This document shows positions 24,078-28,917 of a stretch of DNA of 28,917 nucleotides, one piece after another. Origin of the DNA: Thermoleophilaceae bacterium (GTDB lineage Bacteria; Actinomycetota; Thermoleophilia; Solirubrobacterales; Thermoleophilaceae); NCBI GenBank assembly GCA_045805365.1, contig JBJMLJ010000270.1, positions 1 through 28,917 of the forward strand. The letters are read 5' to 3'. The translations under genes and the position numbers were made by a program. The first letter of the stretch is position 1; every line of letters starts with the position of its first letter. The notes beneath the pieces are model-generated. The model saw only the letters and a program-made list of their open reading frames with translations. It ran no database searches and was not told the DNA's origin.

Positions 24078-25262
24078 TCAGGCCTGGTAATCGACGGACT
24101 GCTTCAGCATCGCGTACGTAGCCTTCTTAGGCAGGCTACGAAGGACCCTGTTGCGCATCGCGATCACCACCGGATTTGTCCACTTGTACATCTGACCGCG
24201 GCGCCGAGACTCGAGCACGACCTTTGAGCAGCGCGGGATGCGCTCCCGTTCGTAGGCCCCGAGGGCGTGGGGAAGCATGCGCTGATCCCGCAGGCCGTCG
24301 GTCAGGGCCAGCTGCTTGGAAAGCACGATCGAGTCCTCCATCGAAATGCCCGCTCCCTGGCCGATGAACGGGGTGGTCATGTGGGCGGCGTCGCCGAGCA
24401 GCACGACGCGATCTTTCACCCAGGTCTCCTCAGGATCGCGATCGTAGATGTCAGTTCGATCGATCGCTTCCTCCGGCGTCGCCTCCACCAGATTTTGTAT
24501 CGCCGACGGAAATCTACTCACATGCTCGCGCAGGGTTTTGTGAGCACCCCCTGGCGGGTCCTGTCCGCCCGCGGGCTCCACATTGAGCACACCCCAGTAG
24601 GTCCGGTCGCCGCCGGGGGGAAACATCACGACCTGCTTGGCCGGACCGAGGAAGCCCCTGATTGTGTCCTCTGGCAGAACCCCACCATTGAGTTGCACGA
24701 CGGCGCGCCAAGTAGTGAACCCCGAGTACTTCATCGGCCCATCTGCGTCTCCGTAGACGTGCTTGCGTACGATCGACCGGCCGCCATCGGCACCGATCAG
24801 TACCGCACCGCGCTCGGCACGGCCGTCGGCGAAATGCGCGGTGACGCCGTCCGGATCCTGCTCAACACCGGTGCACTCGGCACCGAGGCGCAGCACGCCC
24901 TCGTCCAGCGCGTCGACCAGGGCAAGCTGGAGCTCTGACCTCAAGACGCAGATCGATGGTGTTCCATAAGCATCGGAGACCTCCCCCTGCGGGAGCCGGA
25001 AGAGCAACTCACCAGAATCGTCATAGAACTCCTGCGCTCGGATTTCGGGTCCCGCGCCCATCAGCCGGTCACCGAGCCCCAGCCTCATCAACGCGCGGAG
25101 AGCATTGCCTTGCACGCCGAGCGCGCCGCCGACCGCGCCGAGCGCCGGCGCCCGCTCGAACAGCGCCGCCTCGACGCCCACCCTCCTCAGTGCAATCGCA
25201 GCGGTGAGGCCGCCGGGGCCAGCGCCGATGATCAGTGCTCTATTTGGTGTCTCCGCTGCCAT
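24078..25262 (-). CDS. FAD-dependent aromatic monooxygenase, paralog 2
   Basis: IIGAGPGG, LIGADG and LLGDAAHMTTPFIGQG. Confidence 0.93.
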   Translation of the reverse strand: MAAETPNRALIIGAGPGGLTAAIALRRVGVEAALFERAPALGAVGGALGVQGNALRALMRLGLGDRLMGAGPEIRAQEFYDDSGELLFRLPQGEVSDAYGTPSICVLRSELQLALVDALDEGVLRLGAECTGVEQDPDGVTAHFADGRAERGAVLIGADGGRSIVRKHVYGDADGPMKYSGFTTWRAVVQLNGGVLPEDTIRGFLGPAKQVVMFPPGGDRTYWGVLNVEPAGGQDPPGGAHKTLREHVSRFPSAIQNLVEATPEEAIDRTDIYDRDPEETWVKDRVVLLGDAAHMTTPFIGQGAGISMEDSIVLSKQLALTDGLRDQRMLPHALGAYERERIPRCSKVVLESRRRGQMYKWTNPVVIAMRNRVLRSLPKKATYAMLKQSVDYQA

Positions 25263-25276
25263 GCGCTCATCTCACC

Positions 25277-26461
25277 TCAGACTTCGTCGCGGTAGCTGCG
25301 CTCGATCATCGCCCGTCTCACGGCGACCGGCAGGCGGCTCATCACCGCGTCGCGGACTCGGTTCAGCACGGGATTCGTCGAGAGATAGATCCGGCCGAGG
25401 CGCCTGGATGCCAGCACGATGTCGCTGCAGCGCGGCTGGCGTACGCGCTGATAGGACTCGAGGGCAGTGTCCAGCATCTGTTGATCCGTCAAACCGTGCG
25501 TCAATGAGAGCTCTTTAGCAAGTACGACCGCGTCTTCCATTGTGATGCTCGCCCCCTCCCCGACGAACGGAGTGGTGAGGTGGGCGGCGTCGCCCAGCAG
25601 CGCAACACGGCCCTTCACCCAAGTCTCCTCCGGATCGCGATCGTAGACGTCGGTCCTGATGATTCCGGCTTCTGGGGTCGCCTCGACTACCTCGCGGGTT
25701 ATCGCCGGAAAGTCCTTCAGCAGGTCGCAAAGAATCTGGCCGACGCCGTCGGGCGGATCCTTGCCGCCCTCCGGTTCAGTATTGACAAATCCCCAAAAAG
25801 CTCGCTGACCGCCAATCGCCGCCAGGGTGAACTGCCGGGCAGCGCCATAGTAGAACCTGATCGCGCCCACTGGCAGCAGATCTGCTTTCAGGTTAACGAC
25901 CGACCGCCAGGCTGTAACACCGGAATAGCGCCTCGGCGCGTCTCGGTCTTCGTAGACATGCTTGCGGACCACCGAGCGGCCACCGTCGGCTCCGACGAGC
26001 ACGACGCCTCGCTCGGTGCGACCGTCCGCGAAATGCGCCGTCACCCCGTCAGCGTCCTGCTCGACTCCCGTGCACTCGGAGCCGAGTTGGATGTGACCAT
26101 TGTCAACCGCCTCACTCAGAGCGACCTGCAAGTCGCCCCTGGAGACCGCAAGCGTCGGCGCGCCGCGCGCGTCTGTGACGTCTCCTACCGGGAGCTGGAG
26201 GATCATCTTGCCGCGGCTGTTGTAGATCTCCGTCGACCTGAGCGCCGTCCCCACACGGGTGATGAGGTCATCAATGCCCAGCCTCATCAGGGCGCGCAGG
26301 GCGTTGCTCTGGACCGCAAGCCCGCCCGGGGCCCGACCGAGCTCGGGAGCTCGCTCGAACACCGTCGCGTCGATGCCCACGCGGCTCAGTGCGACCGCCG
26401 CCGTCAGCCCCCCCGGGCCGGCGCCGATGATGAGGGCGCGCGTTGGTGTCTCGGCTGCCAC
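25277..26461 (-). CDS. FAD-dependent aromatic monooxygenase, paralog 3
   Basis: IIGAGPGG, LVGADG and LLGDAAHLTTPFVGEG; 14 nt upstream of paralog 2. Confidence 0.93.
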   Translation of the reverse strand: MAAETPTRALIIGAGPGGLTAAVALSRVGIDATVFERAPELGRAPGGLAVQSNALRALMRLGIDDLITRVGTALRSTEIYNSRGKMILQLPVGDVTDARGAPTLAVSRGDLQVALSEAVDNGHIQLGSECTGVEQDADGVTAHFADGRTERGVVLVGADGGRSVVRKHVYEDRDAPRRYSGVTAWRSVVNLKADLLPVGAIRFYYGAARQFTLAAIGGQRAFWGFVNTEPEGGKDPPDGVGQILCDLLKDFPAITREVVEATPEAGIIRTDVYDRDPEETWVKGRVALLGDAAHLTTPFVGEGASITMEDAVVLAKELSLTHGLTDQQMLDTALESYQRVRQPRCSDIVLASRRLGRIYLSTNPVLNRVRDAVMSRLPVAVRRAMIERSYRDEV

Positions 26462-26720
26462 TTCCCGACCCTAACGATCGACTCGACCCACAGCAACTCG
26501 AGGAATAGATCGCTCTGCCGCGCTCCTCCGATGCCCGGCCGCGCGGCGCACCGATGCCATTTTTGCCGCCGGGGGTAGCTTCTTGTGGTCGAAGGCTCAT
26601 ATGATGGGCCCGGTTTGCGCTCCGCGGACTTGAGGTTCTGGCTGAAGGACGGGGAGTGCGTTTGGACGGGTCCGTGTTTGAGATGCTCGCGAGCGAGATC
26701 GAGGGGAGAACTGAGTAGCC

Positions 26721-28511
26721 ATGAGTAGCGATCGAAGCAAGTCCATCGTCGAGATGGGGGCGGTTCGGGCGCCCGGCGACCGCTACGACGTGGCGATCTT
26801 GGGCGGTGGGCTAGCCGGCCTGACGCTCGCGATTCAGCTCAAGCAGGCGCGGCCGGATACAAGCGTGTTGGTGCTCGAGAAGCGCGAGGGTCCTGCTCCG
26901 CTCGCCGCGTTCAAGGTGGGCGAATCGACGGTCCCGAGCGGCGCCCATTACTTCGCGGACGTCGTCGGCATGAGCGATCACCTCCACAACGAACAATTGA
27001 TCAAGTGCGGCCTGCGCTACTTCCCTCCGGGCGACGGCAACCGCGACATCACCAAGCGACCCGAGATGGGTCCCCCAGGATTCCCGCCACACGACAACTA
27101 CCAGATAGACCGTGGGCTGTTTGAGAACAAGCTCGCCGCTCGCGCCCGCGCGCTAGGTGTGGAAGTGGCGCAGGGCTCACGCGTCGGCGAGGTGACCTTC
27201 GGGGATGACGTCCATAGCATTGCGTTCCAACACTTCGGCGATGATGCGACGACATCCGCGCGGTGGGTGGTAGACGCGACTGGTCGTGCCTCATTGCTAA
27301 AGCGCAAGCTGGGGCTCGAGAGGGATTGCGGACACCACATCAACTCGTCTTGGTTCCGCCTCGCCGGCGGCCTCGACATCGAGGACTGGGGCCGCGAAGA
27401 CGACGAGTGGATGGGCGCGGTAAGCCAACCGGGGATTCGCAAATTCAGCACCAATCACCTTCTCGGCGAGGGCTACTGGATCTGGATGATCCCTCTCTCA
27501 TCGGGGCCGATCAGCATCGGCGTGTGCGCCGATCCGCGGTTTCACCCGTTCGAGCGGATCGACACATTCGACGGCCTGCTCGACTGGCTTCGCGAGCACG
27601 AACCGCCGCTGGCCGAGTCGGTCGAGGGTCGCGTCGAAGACATCGAGGACTTTCTGCGTGTGGAGGACTTCGCCTACGGCGTCGAGCGGATCCTCTCGCC
27701 GGAGCGGTGGGCTCTGGTCGGCGAGGCGGGGGCGTTTACGGACCCGTTTTACTCGCCGGGCTCGGACTTCATCTGCTACAGCAACACATTCACCAGCGAG
27801 GTGATCAAGCGAGACCTCGACGGAGAGGACATCAGCGACCGTCTGACTTACTACGACGACCTCTACCAGCGCGCGTTCGAGCACACGATTTCGAGGTACC
27901 AAGACAGTTACACGATCTTCGGTAATGCATGGGTTGCATGCGGGCTGCTTGTCTGGGACTTCTACGCGAACCACTGTGGACTCGTTCTATGCACGGTTAA
28001 GAACAAGCTGACGGATTTCGAGTTCATGAAGAGCGTCGACTCGGAGCTCGATTCCCTGTTCCGGCTGAACATCAACATGCACAAGCTCTTCCGCGAGTGG
28101 CACGAGCTCGAGAACAAGGAGCGCCCGCCCGCATTCATCAAGCCATTCCCAATCCTGGTCGGCGGCTTGCTCGGCTTGACCAAGGACTATCCCGACGACG
28201 ACGCCATCCGTGAGGAGCTGCGCACGCAGGTTCGCAATTCAGAGGCGTTGGCGGTGGCGATGTTCCATCGGGCCGCGAGCGCTCTGCCGGAGCCACCGTC
28301 CCCGGACAAGGCGGTGAACCCGTACGCGGTCGGCTTGGATCCTGACAAGTGGGACGCGGACGGACTATTCGAAGCGCCCGGCCTGACGCTTGCGGAGGCG
28401 AAGGAGATCGCCGCCGGGGTCGACGCCATCTGGGATGACTCGGTCAACCCGTTCGCAGGTGCCGCGCCCCCCGGCGGCGGACCGCCTGCCGGCGTCGGAC
28501 CGCCCGCTTAG
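26721..28511 (+). CDS. Flavin-dependent halogenase
   Basis: GGGLAG, KVGEST, candidate catalytic Lys in QLIKCG, WIWMIP (WxWxIP) and FTDPFYSPG; C-terminal PPGGGPPAGVGPPA tail. Confidence 0.85.
   Translation: MSSDRSKSIVEMGAVRAPGDRYDVAILGGGLAGLTLAIQLKQARPDTSVLVLEKREGPAPLAAFKVGESTVPSGAHYFADVVGMSDHLHNEQLIKCGLRYFPPGDGNRDITKRPEMGPPGFPPHDNYQIDRGLFENKLAARARALGVEVAQGSRVGEVTFGDDVHSIAFQHFGDDATTSARWVVDATGRASLLKRKLGLERDCGHHINSSWFRLAGGLDIEDWGREDDEWMGAVSQPGIRKFSTNHLLGEGYWIWMIPLSSGPISIGVCADPRFHPFERIDTFDGLLDWLREHEPPLAESVEGRVEDIEDFLRVEDFAYGVERILSPERWALVGEAGAFTDPFYSPGSDFICYSNTFTSEVIKRDLDGEDISDRLTYYDDLYQRAFEHTISRYQDSYTIFGNAWVACGLLVWDFYANHCGLVLCTVKNKLTDFEFMKSVDSELDSLFRLNINMHKLFREWHELENKERPPAFIKPFPILVGGLLGLTKDYPDDDAIREELRTQVRNSEALAVAMFHRAASALPEPPSPDKAVNPYAVGLDPDKWDADGLFEAPGLTLAEAKEIAAGVDAIWDDSVNPFAGAAPPGGGPPAGVGPPA
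28467..28505 (+). repeat. Coding PPGGGPPAGVGPP tail of the halogenase
   Basis: ccc ccc ggc ggc gga ccg cct gcc ggc gtc gga ccg ccc, one codon before the stop. Confidence 0.8.
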
Positions 28512-28575
28512 TCGGCTGCACTCGAAGCTGCTTGCGGGTCTTCCCTCGGCGCCAGCCGTCGATTAGGATCGCCGG

Positions 28576-28917
28576 GTGCCGCAGCCCACTCTGGCCATTG
28601 TGCAGGGCACCGACGCAGGGCGCGAATTCTTATTGACGGGTACGACCGTGGTTGGCCGTGATCCCGGCGCCGACGTCGTCATCGCGGATTCCGAGATCTC
28701 CACCAAGCACGCCGCATTCGATCTCGTCGACAGTGGCATCGCCGTGCAGGATCTCGGCTCGACCAACGGCACGTTTGTAAACGGCCAGCGCGTGACGGGT
28801 TCGCAACCGCTCCAGCCGGGAGACCGGATCCAGCTCGGAACGACCGTGGTGGAGGTGCAGTGGCCGGTCCAGACCACCGCTGAACAAGTGGGCAGTCCCC
28901 CCAATCTTCAGGCCACC
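28576..28917 (+). CDS. FHA-domain protein, 5' part only (runs off the window; absent from the ORF track)
   Basis: Hand translation from GTG 28576: ...TTVVGRDPGADVVIADSEISTKHAAF...QDLGSTNGTFVNGQRV...PGDRIQLG; open to the window end. Confidence 0.9.
   Translation, partial: MPQPTLAIVQGTDAGREFLLTGTTVVGRDPGADVVIADSEISTKHAAFDLVDSGIAVQDLGSTNGTFVNGQRVTGSQPLQPGDRIQLGTTVVEVQWPVQTTAEQVGSPPNLQAT

Noticed and set aside
28563-28904. Minus-strand ORFs at the right edge
   Set aside because: The plus-strand frame from 28576 encodes a clear FHA domain; these are its shadows.
1-28917. tRNA, rRNA, riboswitch or intrinsic terminator
   Set aside because: No cloverleaf, rRNA-like stretch or convincing hairpin-plus-U-tract found by eye; a covariance-model search is needed to exclude small RNAs.

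Overview
High-GC, apparently actinobacterial DNA (a Thermoleophilia/Solirubrobacterales-type host is my inference only), filled almost entirely by a natural-product locus. The left part (1-16.4 kb) is a type II aromatic polyketide synthase cluster of WhiE/pentangular-polyphenol type. One minus-strand operon runs cupin cyclase, KS-alpha, chain-length factor (CLF), acyl-AMP ligase, cNMP-patatin, ACP, TcmN-type aromatase, TcmI-type cyclase and an FHA protein. Around it lie FabD, a flavin reductase, a PNPOx-like/cNMP fusion, a BenL/PdmG-like ketoreductase, five ABM-type barrel proteins, a standalone SchA/CurD domain, a second SDR, a beta-hydroxyacid dehydrogenase and an amidohydrolase. After three probably unrelated genes (DedA, secreted CSLREA protein, Cys-less redoxin) comes a visibly less GC-rich block (19.8-28.9 kb): two ABC-2 permeases with no ATPase, three paralogous FAD monooxygenases, a P450, a flavin-dependent halogenase and a second FHA gene cut by the window edge. 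The main oddities are: (1) a synonymously recoded (GGGPP)n peptide on three unrelated enzymes across both blocks; (2) a CLF with Gly at the starter-decarboxylation Gln/Glu position, next to a ligase; (3) a cNMP-patatin hydrolase and an FHA protein inside the core PKS operon, with no recognisable DNA-binding regulator in the window. No RNA genes, CRISPR arrays or mobile elements are supported. Family assignments come from motifs and recalled reference sequences; no searches were run.
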